The notes under the pieces are model-generated. The model was not told the origin of the DNA and ran no database searches. It worked only from the letters and a program-made list of their open reading frames with translations. This document shows, piece by piece, positions 1 through 10,489 of a stretch of DNA of 64,000 bases. Each line of letters starts with the position of its first letter. Within the stretch, counting starts at the first letter, position 1. The position numbers and the translations under genes are program-made. Source of the DNA: Thermoanaerobaculia bacterium (GTDB lineage Bacteria > Acidobacteriota > Thermoanaerobaculia > Gp7-AA8); NCBI GenBank assembly GCA_035536275.1, contig DATLOL010000168.1:19179-83178 (forward strand), written 5' to 3'.

Positions 1-370
1 CCTCCTCGAGAAACTGGACGTCGAAGTGCCGCAGATGCACGACGACTTCTTCAAGCCGCGGCCCCCGAACGCGCCGCCGGCGAAGGCGGCGATCGTCCAG
101 GGCACGCCGACCGACTACCGCCTGCACGTGACGGCGCCTCGCTGGTCGCTCATCGTCAGCAGCGTGCCGTGGTGGCCGGGGTGGAAAGTGTCGCGCAACG
201 GCATCCGGGTCGATCCGATCCGCGTCAACGGCGCCTTCCTCGGATTCGCCGTGCCGCCCGGTGAGGTCGACGTACGGGTCTGGTACGACCCCTGGACCTT
301 CCGCCTCGGCGCGATCATCGCCGCAGCGACGCTGGCCGCGCTCGTCGCGTATGGTGTGCGTCGCAGATGA
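1..370 (+). CDS. YfhO-like polytopic membrane protein, C-terminal fragment (5' end lies off-window)
   Basis: The frame is open from the window edge ([25 protein letters not shown]...). The C-terminal ~110 aa parallel the C-terminus of the next ORF ([39 protein letters not shown], terminal TM helix). Confidence 0.7.
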   Translation, partial: LLEKLDVEVPQMHDDFFKPRPPNAPPAKAAIVQGTPTDYRLHVTAPRWSLIVSSVPWWPGWKVSRNGIRVDPIRVNGAFLGFAVPPGEVDVRVWYDPWTFRLGAIIAAATLAALVAYGVRRR

Positions 371-2868
371 ACTGGACGTGGATCTGGGTCGGTGCGCTGT
401 ACGTTGCGGGCGTCTTCCTGCTGCGCCGCAAGGGCGTGGATCTGTCGCGCCGGATCGCACTTTTCTTCTTCGCCCTGGTCCTCCTCTTCTTCTTCCAGCC
501 GCTGACGCAGGACTACGTCGCCGCGCAGGACGACTTCCTGAACACGCTCCCGCCGTGGCACTTCATGACCCGCACACACGAGTCGATCAACGGCGAGATG
601 AACGACATCCCGCTGCAGCACACGCCGTGGGGACATCAGGTGCGGGAGAGCTGGAAATCGCTGCGCGTGCCGCTGTGGAACCACCTCAACGGCTCGGGCT
701 ATCCGCTGCTCGCGAACGGACAGAGTCAGGCGCTCTCACCGATCCGGCTGCTGATGCTGCCGCTCCCGGCGAACCGGTTCATGGCCGGGGAGGCGGCGGC
801 GAAGATCCTGATCGCGCTCACGTTCGCGTTCCTGTTCCTGCGCGGGCGCGGCTACTCGGAGCTCGCGAGCGTGACCGGCGCGACGATCTTCGGCTTCAGC
901 GGATTCCTGCACAGTTGGCTGCACTTCCCGCACATCACCACGGCCTGTTTTCTGCCGGTGATCCTCTGGCTCGTGGATCGGATCGCGGACACTTACTTTA
1001 TCCCGCGCGCAGACGCGGGATCTCCGGTGCCTCCGGAAACGCACGTGGCTGCGTCGGCGCCGGGGCACCCGAGATGCCGCGTCTTCGCGCGGCATAAACT
1101 GCTGGTGGCAGCGGCCCTGATCTGGACGGCCATCCTGTTCGGGGGCCATCCGGAGACGGCGTCGCACATCTTCTTTCTCTCGCTGCTCTACGTGATCTGG
1201 ATCGTCTTCGTGGAGAAGCGCGCAACGTGGCGTCTCTTCCTCACCCTCGGCGGCGCGATGACCGTGGCCGCGCTGCTCTCCGCGCCGTTCCTCGTGCCGT
1301 TCCTCGAGGCGCTGCCGAAGTCGATGCGCTACGGTGAGCTGCAGGTGTCGCCGCTCGAGCGGGAGACGCTCCCGTACACCGACATCAACTGCATGATCGT
1401 GCTCTTCCAGGCGCATTTCTTCGGACGGGTGCCGTTCGAAGAGGCGTGGGGGCCGGCCGTCGCCGAGCCGGTGGGCGGGTTCGCCGGCGTCCTCGGTATC
1501 GCCGCGTTCTTCGCGTTGCTGGTGCACGTGATCCGGCGCCGCGCGTGGCGCTCCATCGAATTCTTCTTCGTCCTCGCCACCGTGATCGTCTTCGGGGTCA
1601 TCAACGGCTGGCCACTGATCGGTGACGCCATCCACGCGGTGTTGCCCGTCGTCGCGCACGCGCGCTTCCGATTGCTGTTCGTGCTGCTGATGGGGATCCT
1701 GGCCGCCGCGGCGATCGATGTCACGCAGCGCGACCGCACACCCATGCTCGTCGGCGTGACCGTCGTCGCGGCGATGCTGCTCGCGTTGTTCACGCTCAAG
1801 GAGTTCCCGAGCGACGCCGCGCGCGTGACCGCGTTGCTCACCTCCGCGCGCAGTGTGGCCGTGCTGATCCTGGCCGTGCTGGTGACACTGCTCACGCGCT
1901 TTCGCAAGTGGGCGGTCATGGCGCTGCTCGTGGCCGTCATCGTGGAGCTGTGGAGCGTCACGCGGGGATGGAACCCGCCGTTCCCCGGCCGGATGATGTA
2001 TCCGAAGACGCCGCTCATCGCGGAACTGGAGAAGCTGCGCGACTCGCAGCCACCCAACACGTTCCGCATCATCGGCAGCTCCGCCGTTCTCTATCCGAAC
2101 GTCAACGCGATGTTCGGCTTCGAGGAGGTGCGTGCCCACGACCCGATGGCCTTCGACCGCTACATGGGCTTCATGGTCATGACCGCGGATCTGAAGACCG
2201 GCGCCGAGCACTATCACCCGTGGTTCGAGAATGTGGAGGCCTCGGCGCTCGACTTTCTCAACGCGCGCTATCTCCTCGTCGATCCGTACCTCCCCGCACC
2301 CGACGCCGAACGGTGGAAGAGGGTCTACGACGGCATCGACGGAAAGATCTACGAGAACCAGCGCGTGCTGCCGCGCTTCTTCGCGGTCCGCAACGTGATC
2401 CTCGAATTCCGCGATCACCTCTTCTATCAGAAGCTCCGCGAGCACACCGACTGGGCAAACACGGCCCTGCTGGAGCGGCTCGACCTCGAAGCGCCGCAGC
2501 AGGACGCCGATTTCTTCAAGCCCCGCCCGCCCAACGCACCGGCCGCCGTCGCGCGGATCGTGGAAGCCGACCCGACGTCGTACCGCATCACCGCCACCGC
2601 GCCGCGCTGGTCACTGATCGTCAGCAGCATCCCGTCCTGGCCCGGATGGAGGGTGGTGCGCGACGGCAAGTCGATCGAGCCGATCCGCGTGAACGGTGCG
2701 TTTATCGGGTTCGCGGTGCCGCCGGGCACCTCGGACGTGCGCATTTACTACTCGCCCTGGACGTGGTGGGTGGGGTGTGCGCTCGCCGCACTGGGCGTGC
2801 TCGTGCTGGGACTCATAGGACTTATGGGACGAATGGGACGAATGGGTTCTAGCGAAACTTCCGCGTGA
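367..2868 (+). CDS. YfhO-family-like large membrane protein (tandem paralog of the upstream fragment)
   Basis: 833-aa ORF with strong GC3 bias. It has many N-terminal hydrophobic helices, a large C-terminal soluble region and a final TM helix. The start overlaps the upstream stop (ATGA). The family call rests on architecture only. Confidence 0.75.
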   Translation: MNWTWIWVGALYVAGVFLLRRKGVDLSRRIALFFFALVLLFFFQPLTQDYVAAQDDFLNTLPPWHFMTRTHESINGEMNDIPLQHTPWGHQVRESWKSLRVPLWNHLNGSGYPLLANGQSQALSPIRLLMLPLPANRFMAGEAAAKILIALTFAFLFLRGRGYSELASVTGATIFGFSGFLHSWLHFPHITTACFLPVILWLVDRIADTYFIPRADAGSPVPPETHVAASAPGHPRCRVFARHKLLVAAALIWTAILFGGHPETASHIFFLSLLYVIWIVFVEKRATWRLFLTLGGAMTVAALLSAPFLVPFLEALPKSMRYGELQVSPLERETLPYTDINCMIVLFQAHFFGRVPFEEAWGPAVAEPVGGFAGVLGIAAFFALLVHVIRRRAWRSIEFFFVLATVIVFGVINGWPLIGDAIHAVLPVVAHARFRLLFVLLMGILAAAAIDVTQRDRTPMLVGVTVVAAMLLALFTLKEFPSDAARVTALLTSARSVAVLILAVLVTLLTRFRKWAVMALLVAVIVELWSVTRGWNPPFPGRMMYPKTPLIAELEKLRDSQPPNTFRIIGSSAVLYPNVNAMFGFEEVRAHDPMAFDRYMGFMVMTADLKTGAEHYHPWFENVEASALDFLNARYLLVDPYLPAPDAERWKRVYDGIDGKIYENQRVLPRFFAVRNVILEFRDHLFYQKLREHTDWANTALLERLDLEAPQQDADFFKPRPPNAPAAVARIVEADPTSYRITATAPRWSLIVSSIPSWPGWRVVRDGKSIEPIRVNGAFIGFAVPPGTSDVRIYYSPWTWWVGCALAALGVLVLGLIGLMGRMGRMGSSETSA
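997..1098. repeat. Palindromic element (family D: TTTATCCCGCG.GCAGACGCGGGATCTC ... GAGAT.C.GCGTCTTCGCG..G.ATAAA) embedded in-frame in the YfhO-like CDS
   Basis: Same terminal arms as the intergenic copy at 31065-31169. It is 102 nt long (34 codons), so the host ORF stays open (..[34 protein letters not shown]..). Confidence 0.8.
2808..2846. repeat. 9-nt periodic repeat (N-ATGGGAC-N)n at the 3' end of the YfhO-like CDS
   Basis: gggactcataggacttatgggacgaatgggacgaatggg. It is translated as [14 protein letters not shown] reverse-complement relative lies at 53669-53710. Confidence 0.75.
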
Positions 2869-3634
2869 GGCGCTCGCGCGAGAAACTATCCACGCGCGCC
2901 AGCGCCGGCGCGAGCACCTCGCGCTGTTTCTCGATGAGCTGGGCGATGCCGCTCTTCGCGAGGTTCATCATCGACTGCATCTCTTCCTCGCTGAAGCTCG
3001 CGCCTTCGGCGGTGCCCTGCAGCTCGATGAAGCGGCCCTTGTCCGTCGCCACCACGTTCATATCGACGCCCGCCTTCGAATCCTCGACGTAGTTGAGGTC
3101 GAGAACCGGGATGCCGCCGACGATGCCCACGGAGATCGCCGCGACGAAGTCGACCACCGGCCAGTTGGCCATCGTGCCGTTCGTGTAGAGGTTGGACAGC
3201 GCCAGCACGAGCGCACAGTACGCGCCGGTGATCGACGCCGTGCGCGTGCCACCGTCGGCCTGAATGACGTCGCAGTCCAGCCAGACCGTGCGCTCGCCCA
3301 TCTTCTCCTGATTGACCGCGGCCCGCAGCGCGCGGCCGATGAGACGCTGGATCTCCATCGTCCGGCCGCCCTGTTTTCCTTTGGCGGCCTCGCGCTCCAC
3401 GCGCTCGGTTGTCGCACGCGGGAGCATCCCGTACTCCGCGGTCACCCAGCCCTTGCCGGTGCGATAAAGGAACGGCGGCACTTTCTCCTGCACCGAGGCG
3501 GTGCAGCAGACGCGGGTGTCCCCGACCTCGATGAGGACCGAGCCTTCCGCGTGCTTGATGAAGTTGGGGCGGATCGCGACCGGCCGAAGCTCGTCCGCGG
3601 CGCGTCCGTCGAAGCGTGTCTTTCCGTTGCTCAA
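2849..3634 (-). CDS. rph: Ribonuclease PH
   Basis: [61 protein letters not shown] and DCDV.QADGGTR.ASITGA are classic RNase PH blocks. I place the start at TTG 3634, which gives a TTGA overlap with the glgC stop. The longer ORF up to 4018 is Arg/His-rich nonsense. Confidence 0.9.
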   Translation of the reverse strand: MSNGKTRFDGRAADELRPVAIRPNFIKHAEGSVLIEVGDTRVCCTASVQEKVPPFLYRTGKGWVTAEYGMLPRATTERVEREAAKGKQGGRTMEIQRLIGRALRAAVNQEKMGERTVWLDCDVIQADGGTRTASITGAYCALVLALSNLYTNGTMANWPVVDFVAAISVGIVGGIPVLDLNYVEDSKAGVDMNVVATDKGRFIELQGTAEGASFSEEEMQSMMNLAKSGIAQLIEKQREVLAPALARVDSFSRERLTRKFR

Positions 3635-4899
3635 GCCGTCACTCTTTCTTCGATGACCGCACCCTTCGGCACCACCACCAATCCCGAGTCGGTGACCGTG
3701 AAGCGCTGGCGGTCGTACTCGAGGTCGTAGCCGATGGTCGTGCCGGGCGGGATCTTCACGCCCTTGTCGATGATCGCGCGCCGCACCTTGCAGTGGCGTC
3801 CCACTTCGACGCCGTCCATGAGGATGCATTCGTCCACGTCGGCGTACGAGTTGATGCGCACACGCGGACTGAGCACACAGCGATTGATGGTGCCGCCGGA
3901 GATGATCGAGCCGTCCGACACGAGCGAGTCCGTGGCGATGCCGATGCGCTGCGACTTCGAGTCGGCGAAGACGAACTTCGCCGGCGGCTGATGCAGCGGC
4001 GCCGAGACGACGGGCCACATCGGGTTGTAAAGGTTGAACAGCGGCGTCACCGCGACCAGGTCCAGAGCCGCCGCAAAGTACGAGTCGATCGTGCCCACGT
4101 CCCGCCAGTACCCCTGGTTGATGGCATCCTCGCCGGGGATGAAGTTCGTGGCGAAGTCATACGCGTACACCTTCATCCGCGGGTACATCTCCGGGATGAT
4201 CTCCTTGCCGAAGTCCACGCCGGCGTTGCGCAGCGCGTTGCGCTGCAGCACGTCGATCATGACGTTCGCCTTGAATATGTAGTTGCCCATCGAGGCCAGG
4301 ATCATGTCCGGCCGGTCGGGCATCGTCTTCGCGCCCTGCTTGGGCTTCTCCACGAATCCGGTGACTCGATAGTCGTCGTCGATCTCGACTACGCCGAACT
4401 GGTCGGCCTCGGCTACGGGCACCGGGATCGTGGCGATGGTCAGGTCCGCATCGTTGTTGATGTGGTCCTGCAGCATCTGGTTCACATCCATCTTGTAGAT
4501 GTGATCGCCGCCGAAGACGCACACGTACTCGGGCCGCTCGTCGAAGATCAGCTCGAGGTTCTGGAAGACCGCGTCGGCCGTGCCGCGGAACCAGAACGGG
4601 CCCCGCCGCATCTGCGCCGGCACGACGTCGACGTACTGGCCGATCTCCGGCACCAGGCGCCACGTGCGGGTGATGTGCTCGATCAGCGAGTTCGATTTGA
4701 ACTGCGTGAGGATCTTGATCTTGAAGAAGCCGGAGTTGATGAAGTTGTTGATGACGAAGTCGATGATCCGATAGCGGCCGCCGAAAGGAACGGCCGGCTT
4801 GGCCCGGTCCTTCGTGAGCGGGAAGAGCCGCTCGCCCTGCCCTCCGGCAAGGATCATGGTCAGAACGTTGCGCCGGGCAAGTGATCCGTACATGTGCAT
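3631..4899 (-). CDS. glgC: Glucose-1-phosphate adenylyltransferase
   Basis: [45 protein letters not shown] and a C-terminal left-handed beta-helix region. Start MHMYGS at 4899. The upstream part of the 708-aa ORF is non-coding-like. Confidence 0.95.
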   Translation of the reverse strand: MHMYGSLARRNVLTMILAGGQGERLFPLTKDRAKPAVPFGGRYRIIDFVINNFINSGFFKIKILTQFKSNSLIEHITRTWRLVPEIGQYVDVVPAQMRRGPFWFRGTADAVFQNLELIFDERPEYVCVFGGDHIYKMDVNQMLQDHINNDADLTIATIPVPVAEADQFGVVEIDDDYRVTGFVEKPKQGAKTMPDRPDMILASMGNYIFKANVMIDVLQRNALRNAGVDFGKEIIPEMYPRMKVYAYDFATNFIPGEDAINQGYWRDVGTIDSYFAAALDLVAVTPLFNLYNPMWPVVSAPLHQPPAKFVFADSKSQRIGIATDSLVSDGSIISGGTINRCVLSPRVRINSYADVDECILMDGVEVGRHCKVRRAIIDKGVKIPPGTTIGYDLEYDRQRFTVTDSGLVVVPKGAVIEERVTA

Positions 4900-4968
4900 T
4901 CGCTGAGGTGCGAGATTCTTTCCAAGATTTGCAGCGTGCGCAAGGCGCGGTCTTATACTGCGCCCGAC

Positions 4969-5868
4969 ATGGCGGAGAAGGACTACTACGAGATCCTCGG
5001 CGTGAAGAAAACCGCCTCCGAGGGAGAGCTCAAGAAGGCCTATCGCGACCTGGCCAAGAAGTACCACCCCGACAAGAACAAAGGCAACAAGGAAGCGGAG
5101 AATCGCTTCAAGGAAATCTCCGAGGCCTACGCCGTCCTCTCGGACAAGGACAAGCGCGCGCAGTACGACCGTCTCGGGCGCGAGGCGTTCGGCCCGGGCG
5201 GCGCGAACCCCTTCGCCGGCTTCGACTTCTCGGAGTTCATGGGCGCCCGCGGCGGCGCGCGAGGACGTCGCACCAGCACGCGCGGCAACAGCACGACGAT
5301 CGACTTCACGGACATCTTCGGCGATCTGTTCGGCACCGGCGGAGGCCGCGGCGGATTCGAGTCCGCCCCCGAGCCGGAGCTGCAGGCCGAGGTCACGATC
5401 GACTTTCGCGACGCCATCCGCGGCACGACCATGGCACTCAGCGTCAACGGCGACTCGATCAAGGTAAAGATCCCCGAGGGCATCCGCGACGGGCAGAAAA
5501 TCCGCGTGCCGCGCAGGGGACAGCCTTCGATCCAGCTCACCGTGCACGTCCGCCCGCATCCGTTCTTCGAGCGGCGCGGCGACGACATCTACGTCGATCT
5601 GCCGATCACCGTCGGCGAGGCAATCCGCGGTGCGGAAGTGGAGGCGCCGACGATCCACGGCCCTTCGCGCATTCGCATCCCCGCGGGCACGCAGGCCGGA
5701 CGCACGATGCGCCTCTCCGGCAAGGGCGTGAAGAAGAAGGACAGCGCGGGCGATCACTACGTCCGCATCCAGATCGTGATTCCGCCCTCGGCGCCGGAAG
5801 ACGCGGTCGAGAAGATCGAGGCCGCGTACGTCGAGAGTCCGCGCACCAACCTGAGAACGGCGCTCTGA
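4969..5868 (+). CDS. cbpA: DnaJ-domain co-chaperone without zinc finger (CbpA-like)
   Basis: J domain DYYEILGV......[17 protein letters not shown] with the HPD motif, a G/F-rich linker and two C-terminal beta domains. No CxxCxGxG repeats are present. Start at MAEKDYY. Confidence 0.85.
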   Translation: MAEKDYYEILGVKKTASEGELKKAYRDLAKKYHPDKNKGNKEAENRFKEISEAYAVLSDKDKRAQYDRLGREAFGPGGANPFAGFDFSEFMGARGGARGRRTSTRGNSTTIDFTDIFGDLFGTGGGRGGFESAPEPELQAEVTIDFRDAIRGTTMALSVNGDSIKVKIPEGIRDGQKIRVPRRGQPSIQLTVHVRPHPFFERRGDDIYVDLPITVGEAIRGAEVEAPTIHGPSRIRIPAGTQAGRTMRLSGKGVKKKDSAGDHYVRIQIVIPPSAPEDAVEKIEAAYVESPRTNLRTAL

Positions 5869-6293
5869 TGCAGATCCAACTCATTCGCGCCGACATCACC
5901 TCGCTCAAAGTCGACGCCATGGCGTCGCCGGATCCCGAGGCGTTGTCGCAGAACGGGCGGGCGGTCGTGATGACCGGGGGCAACCTCCTGGCGCGTTTCG
6001 TCATCGAGGTCCCGGTGCCGCGGGGCGAGGACGAGAACGCGGACCTGAAGCTTCGCGAGTCCACGCGCGACGCCCTGGAGCGCGCCGACGAGCTGGCTGT
6101 CGCCACCATCGGCCTTCCCGTCCTCGGCAAGCGCTCCCTCGGGTTCACGACCGAGCGCTGCGCGCGAGTGATGCTGCGCGCGGCCCTCGATTTCCGCACC
6201 CGTGCACGATCACTGCAGCGGGTCATCTTCTGCCTGTTCGGGAAAGAGGAGTACGCCGTGTTCGAGAGCGTGCTCGAGGAGCTCGAAGGTTGA
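5868..6293 (+). CDS. Macro-domain protein (short)
   Basis: IQLIRADITSLKVDAMASP resembles the GDIT...VDAIVNAAN block. ATIGLPVLGKRSLGF and RVIFCLFGKEEYAVFE resemble the FPAISTG.YG.P and V.FVLF blocks. ATG overlaps the upstream TGA. Confidence 0.65.
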   Translation: MQIQLIRADITSLKVDAMASPDPEALSQNGRAVVMTGGNLLARFVIEVPVPRGEDENADLKLRESTRDALERADELAVATIGLPVLGKRSLGFTTERCARVMLRAALDFRTRARSLQRVIFCLFGKEEYAVFESVLEELEG

Positions 6294-7009
6294 ACGGCAA
6301 CGGCAACATCTTCGTCATCGGTGACTCGCACATCGGTCTGACCGAGGGTGCGGAGAAACCGGTCAATGCGTGGCTGGATCGGCTGGCCGCGCTGAAGCCG
6401 AAGGCGCTCTACCTGAACGGCGACCTCTTTCACTACCTCATCGCGCACGACAAGTTCCGCACGGCGTCGGTGGACCGGGTGATGGCGAAGTTCGGCGAGC
6501 TGCGCGACTCCGGCATCGGCATCCACTACGTCGAGGGCAACCGCGACTTCTTTCTGAAAAACTCGTTCGTCGAGGACGTGGTCACGGACGTGGCCATCGA
6601 GTACGCGGTGCCGGCGGGGACGAAGAAGTACCTCATCATCCACGGCGACATGATCAACGACCGCGACTGGAAGTACCGTTTCTGGCGCCACGCGTCGAAG
6701 AACCCCCTGACGAAGTTCGGCGTGACGATGATCCCCAGCCGCATGGCCCGGCGGTTCGTCGACGACATGGAGCGCAAGCTCGCGAGATCGAACTTCAAGC
6801 ACAAGACGCGGATCCCCGTCGAGCTGATGGAGGCGTACGGCAAGAAACGCTACCGCGAGGGCTTCACGGACGTCGTATTCGGCCACTTCCACGCGAAGAT
6901 GATCCTCCCCGGCCGCTCCACCGTGACCGTGCTGCCACCCTGGTACGAGTCGGGCGAGGCGCTGATGATCGATCCGCGCACGGGCGAGTCGCAGTTCGTG
7001 GTGGTGTAG
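6290..7009 (+). CDS. Metallophosphoesterase, LpxH-like
   Basis: Calcineurin-like motifs GDSHIG, NGDLFH, EGNRDF and IIHGD. TTG start overlaps the upstream stop. Confidence 0.7.
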   Translation: MNGNGNIFVIGDSHIGLTEGAEKPVNAWLDRLAALKPKALYLNGDLFHYLIAHDKFRTASVDRVMAKFGELRDSGIGIHYVEGNRDFFLKNSFVEDVVTDVAIEYAVPAGTKKYLIIHGDMINDRDWKYRFWRHASKNPLTKFGVTMIPSRMARRFVDDMERKLARSNFKHKTRIPVELMEAYGKKRYREGFTDVVFGHFHAKMILPGRSTVTVLPPWYESGEALMIDPRTGESQFVVV

Positions 7010-7012
7010 TCA

Positions 7013-7774
7013 ATGCGCGTGACCTTCCTCGGGACGGGAACTTCCACCGGCGTTCCCGTCGTCGGCTGCCGCTGCGCGGTCTGCACGTCGCGCGATCCGC
7101 GCAACGAGCGGCTGCGGCAGTCCGTGCACATCGAGAAGGACGGTAAGCACTTCCTCATCGACACGACGCCCGACCTACGCCAGCAACTCCTGCGGCATCC
7201 CATCCCCCGGCTCGACTTCGTGCTCTTTACGCACTCGCACTCCGATCACCTGATGGGGCTGGACGACATCCGCCCGTTCAACTTCCGGCAGCGGCAGTCC
7301 ATCCGCGCGTACGCGAGCCCGTCGACGGCGAAGGCCGTGCGCCGCGCGTTCAGCTACATCTGGGAAAGCTCGCAACTGGGCGGGGGCAAGCCGCAACTCG
7401 AGCTGATGGAGGTCGAGGAGGCGTTCGACGGGGAGGGCTTCGAGATCGTGCCCCTGCCTGTCGACCACGGCGACTGGACGATCCTCGGGTTCCGGATCGG
7501 CCCGTTCGCATACATTACCGACACGAACGGCATCCCCGACGCGACGATGCGGCTGCTCGAGGGCGTGGAAGTGCTCGCCCTGGACGGACTGCGTCCCGCG
7601 CCCTCCCATCCCACGCACTTCACGATCGGCGAGGCGGTGGAGGTCGCGCAGAAAATCGGCGCGCGGATGACGTACCTCATTCACCTCACGCACGAGGTCG
7701 ACCACGAGACGGTCGAGGCCACGCTTCCGCCGAACGTCCGTCTGGGCTGGGACGGGCTGGAGCTGACGTTTTGA
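7013..7774 (+). CDS. MBL-fold metallo-hydrolase (PhnP/GPMBL-like)
   Basis: VTFLGTGTS.GVP, a C.C..C zinc knuckle and the HSHSDH motif. Confidence 0.85.
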   Translation: MRVTFLGTGTSTGVPVVGCRCAVCTSRDPRNERLRQSVHIEKDGKHFLIDTTPDLRQQLLRHPIPRLDFVLFTHSHSDHLMGLDDIRPFNFRQRQSIRAYASPSTAKAVRRAFSYIWESSQLGGGKPQLELMEVEEAFDGEGFEIVPLPVDHGDWTILGFRIGPFAYITDTNGIPDATMRLLEGVEVLALDGLRPAPSHPTHFTIGEAVEVAQKIGARMTYLIHLTHEVDHETVEATLPPNVRLGWDGLELTF

Positions 7775-9057
7775 CCCGTGTCATCGCGAAAACGGGCCCA
7801 CTCGACGCCACCGTCACCGCACCTCCTTCCAAGTCGTACAGCGTCCGCGCGCTCTTGCTTGCAGCGATGTCCCGCGGCACGACCACGGTGCGCAACTGTC
7901 TCGATGCCGATGACACGCGCTACGCGCTCGAAGCCATTCGCGCGCTCGGCTTCGACGTCTCCGGCTCGATTCAGCGCGAGGTGTACATCGGGCCGCGGCG
8001 GACGATGTCGGCCAACGAAGTCCCGATCTTCATCGGCAACGCCGGCACGGCCATGCGCTTTCTCACGGGCTGGCTGGCGTTCACGCCGGGACGCTTCATC
8101 CTCGACGGCGAAGAGCGCATGCGTGAGCGCCCCATCGGCGACCTGGTCGACGTGCTGGCCTCCATCGACGCGGAGGTCGAGTACGCCGACAAGGAGGGCT
8201 ATCCGCCGCTCCGCATTCGCGGCAAACGGATGCGCGGAGGCTTCGACGTCACCATCTCCGCGGAGACCTCCAGCCAGTTCGTGTCCGCGCTGATGCTCGG
8301 CGGCGCGACGCTCCCCGACGGCATTACGCTGCGGATCTCCGCGCAGGCTTCCGCGCCGTACATCGACATCACCGCCGACATCCTTCAGGCCTTCGGCGCG
8401 AACGTCACGCGCGACGGCCACGTGATCAAGGTGCGCGCGGGGAACCTCGAGCGCGAGGAGTACACCGTCGAGGGCGACTACTCGTCGGCGTCGTACTGGT
8501 TCGCCGCCGCCGCGGCTACGCGCGGCACCATGCGCGTGCGCGGACTGGCCATTCCGACGGCGCAGGGTGACGCCGGTTTCCTCGACATCCTGAACGCGAT
8601 GGGTTGCCGCGTCGACGTCAGCAACGAGGAGATAGCCGTCACCGGCACCGAGCGCCTCGCCGGCGGCATGTTCGACTGCAACGCGACGCCTGACATCGTA
8701 CCGACCCTCGCCGCGATCGCGCCGCTGGCCTCATCCCCCGTCGAGATCGTGAACGTCGCCAACCTGCGCGTGAAAGAGTCGGATCGCATCGCCACCGTGG
8801 CCTCCGAGCTGCGCACCCTCGGCGCCACCGTCGAGGAGCGCGCCGATGGACTGCTCATCCATCCCGGCTGGAGCGAAGCACCCGCGACGGTCGAGACGCA
8901 CAACGATCACCGCATTGCCATGGCCTTCGCCATCGCCGGCCTCGCGCGCGGCAACGTCACCATCGCGAAGGAGCAGGTGGTGACGAAGTCGTACCCGCGT
9001 TTCTGGCGTGACCTCGGATCCCTCACAGCCCCGAGCGAAGTCGAGGGGCCGACGTAG
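7771..9057 (+). CDS. aroA: 3-phosphoshikimate 1-carboxyvinyltransferase (EPSP synthase)
   Basis: PPSKS.S.RALLLAA...G.T...N.L...DT, NAGTAMRFL, ETSSQF.SALML, RVKESDRI and HNDHRIAMAF. The last residues (SEVEGPT) are encoded by a palindromic repeat arm. Confidence 0.95.
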   Translation: MTRVIAKTGPLDATVTAPPSKSYSVRALLLAAMSRGTTTVRNCLDADDTRYALEAIRALGFDVSGSIQREVYIGPRRTMSANEVPIFIGNAGTAMRFLTGWLAFTPGRFILDGEERMRERPIGDLVDVLASIDAEVEYADKEGYPPLRIRGKRMRGGFDVTISAETSSQFVSALMLGGATLPDGITLRISAQASAPYIDITADILQAFGANVTRDGHVIKVRAGNLEREEYTVEGDYSSASYWFAAAAATRGTMRVRGLAIPTAQGDAGFLDILNAMGCRVDVSNEEIAVTGTERLAGGMFDCNATPDIVPTLAAIAPLASSPVEIVNVANLRVKESDRIATVASELRTLGATVEERADGLLIHPGWSEAPATVETHNDHRIAMAFAIAGLARGNVTIAKEQVVTKSYPRFWRDLGSLTAPSEVEGPT

Positions 9058-9123
9058 GCTCACCATGCGCTCAACCAACGGCGCCGTTAGGCTAAGCTGG
9101 CCCCTCGACTTCGCTCGGGGCTG
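9026..9123. repeat. Palindromic element (family C variant): perfect 25-bp inverted repeat cagccccgagcgaagtcgaggggcc / ggcccctcgacttcgctcggggctg
   Basis: The arms at 9026-9050 and 9099-9123 are exact reverse complements. The left arm overlaps the aroA 3' end and stop codon. Confidence 0.9.
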
Positions 9124-9139
9124 ACTGCGAAGAAGACAG

Positions 9140-10471
9140 ATGGACGCCTGGCTACTTTTCTTCGCCTTCCTGTTCGTGCTCGCCAACGGCTTCTTCGTGG
9201 CCGCCGAGTTCGCGATCGTCAAGGTTCGCTCGACGCAGATCACCGAGCTCGCCGAGCAGGGCTCTGCGCGCGCGAAGATGGCGAAGAAGCTGATCCGCCA
9301 TCTCGACGCCTACCTATCCGCCACCCAGCTCGGCATCACCCTGGCCTCCCTCGCCCTCGGCTGGATCGGTGAGCCGGCGTTCCACCATCTCATCCAGCCG
9401 CTCTTCACGCGCTTCAACATCCCCGAGGCGGCGGCGCGGACGATCTCGGCGACGGTGGCCTTCGTCATCATCTCCATCCTCCACATCGTCCTGGGCGAGC
9501 TCGCGCCGAAGTCGATCGCCATTCAGAAACCGGTCGGAACGACGCTCTGGACCGCGCATCTGCTGCACGCGTTCTACGTCATCACCTATCCCGCGATCTG
9601 GCTGCTCAACGGCGTGTCGCGCGCGATCCTGCGGGCGATCGGGATCGAGCCCGCGGGCGAGCACGCCGAGATTGCCCACTCCTCGGAGGAGCTGCGCCTC
9701 ATTCTCCAGAGCTCGGAGAAGGCGGGCATTCTGTCCGAGGAAAACCGGGAGATCATCGAAGGGGTCTTCCAGTTCTCGAAGCGCACCGCGCGCCAGATCA
9801 TGGTCCCGCGCACGGACGTGGTCATCCTCTCCACGGCCAAAACCATCGAGGAGAACCTGGAGACCATCCGTACCACGCGCCACACCCGCTATCCGCTCTG
9901 CCACGGAAGCCTCGACGACACGATCGGCCTCATTCACGTGAAAGACCTGATGCTCGCGCTGCTGCGCGGGCCGGGACGCAGCCTTCAGGAGCTGAAGCGC
10001 GACGTGCTGTTCGTCCCGGAGAACTCGACCGTCGAGTCGCTCCTGTCGCAGTTCATCGAGAGCAAGACGCACATGGCCATCGTGCTCGACGAGTACGGCG
10101 GCGCGTCGGGGATCGTGTCGCTGGAGAACATCACCGAGGAGCTGTTCGGGCAGATTCAGGACGAGTTCGACCGGGAGCGGCCGGAGATCGAGCCGCTCGG
10201 CAACGGTCGCTATCGCGTGCGCGGCGACTATCTGATCGAGGATCTCGCCGATCGCCTGAAGATCGACCTCGGGGAGCCGGAAGAGGAAACGGTGGGCGGC
10301 TACGTGGCGGCGCGTCTCGGCCGTGAGGTGATGCCCGGCGACAAGGTGGAGCTGGGCGAGCTCGCCATCAGCGTGCTGGAAGCCGAACGCTTCCGCGTGC
10401 GGTGGGTGCTGGTGGTGACGAAAATGCCGCCGATCGAAGTGATCTTCGAAGAAGACGAGGAGGCGGGCTAG
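9140..10471 (+). CDS. CNNM/TlyC/CorC-family membrane protein (DUF21-CBS pair-CorC_HlyC)
   Basis: N-terminal ...NGFFVAAEFA.VK.R, LSATQLGITL.SL..G, IM.PR.D.. and the C-terminal transporter-associated domain. Confidence 0.9.
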   Translation: MDAWLLFFAFLFVLANGFFVAAEFAIVKVRSTQITELAEQGSARAKMAKKLIRHLDAYLSATQLGITLASLALGWIGEPAFHHLIQPLFTRFNIPEAAARTISATVAFVIISILHIVLGELAPKSIAIQKPVGTTLWTAHLLHAFYVITYPAIWLLNGVSRAILRAIGIEPAGEHAEIAHSSEELRLILQSSEKAGILSEENREIIEGVFQFSKRTARQIMVPRTDVVILSTAKTIEENLETIRTTRHTRYPLCHGSLDDTIGLIHVKDLMLALLRGPGRSLQELKRDVLFVPENSTVESLLSQFIESKTHMAIVLDEYGGASGIVSLENITEELFGQIQDEFDRERPEIEPLGNGRYRVRGDYLIEDLADRLKIDLGEPEEETVGGYVAARLGREVMPGDKVELGELAISVLEAERFRVRWVLVVTKMPPIEVIFEEDEEAG

Positions 10472-10489
10472 AGCCCGCCCCCTCCGGCG

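Noticed and set aside
3635-4018. N-terminal 128-aa extension of the RNase PH ORF.
   Set aside because: The extension is Arg/His-rich and overlaps the glgC 3' region. A TTG at 3634 gives a canonical RNase PH N-terminus and a 4-nt overlap with the glgC stop.
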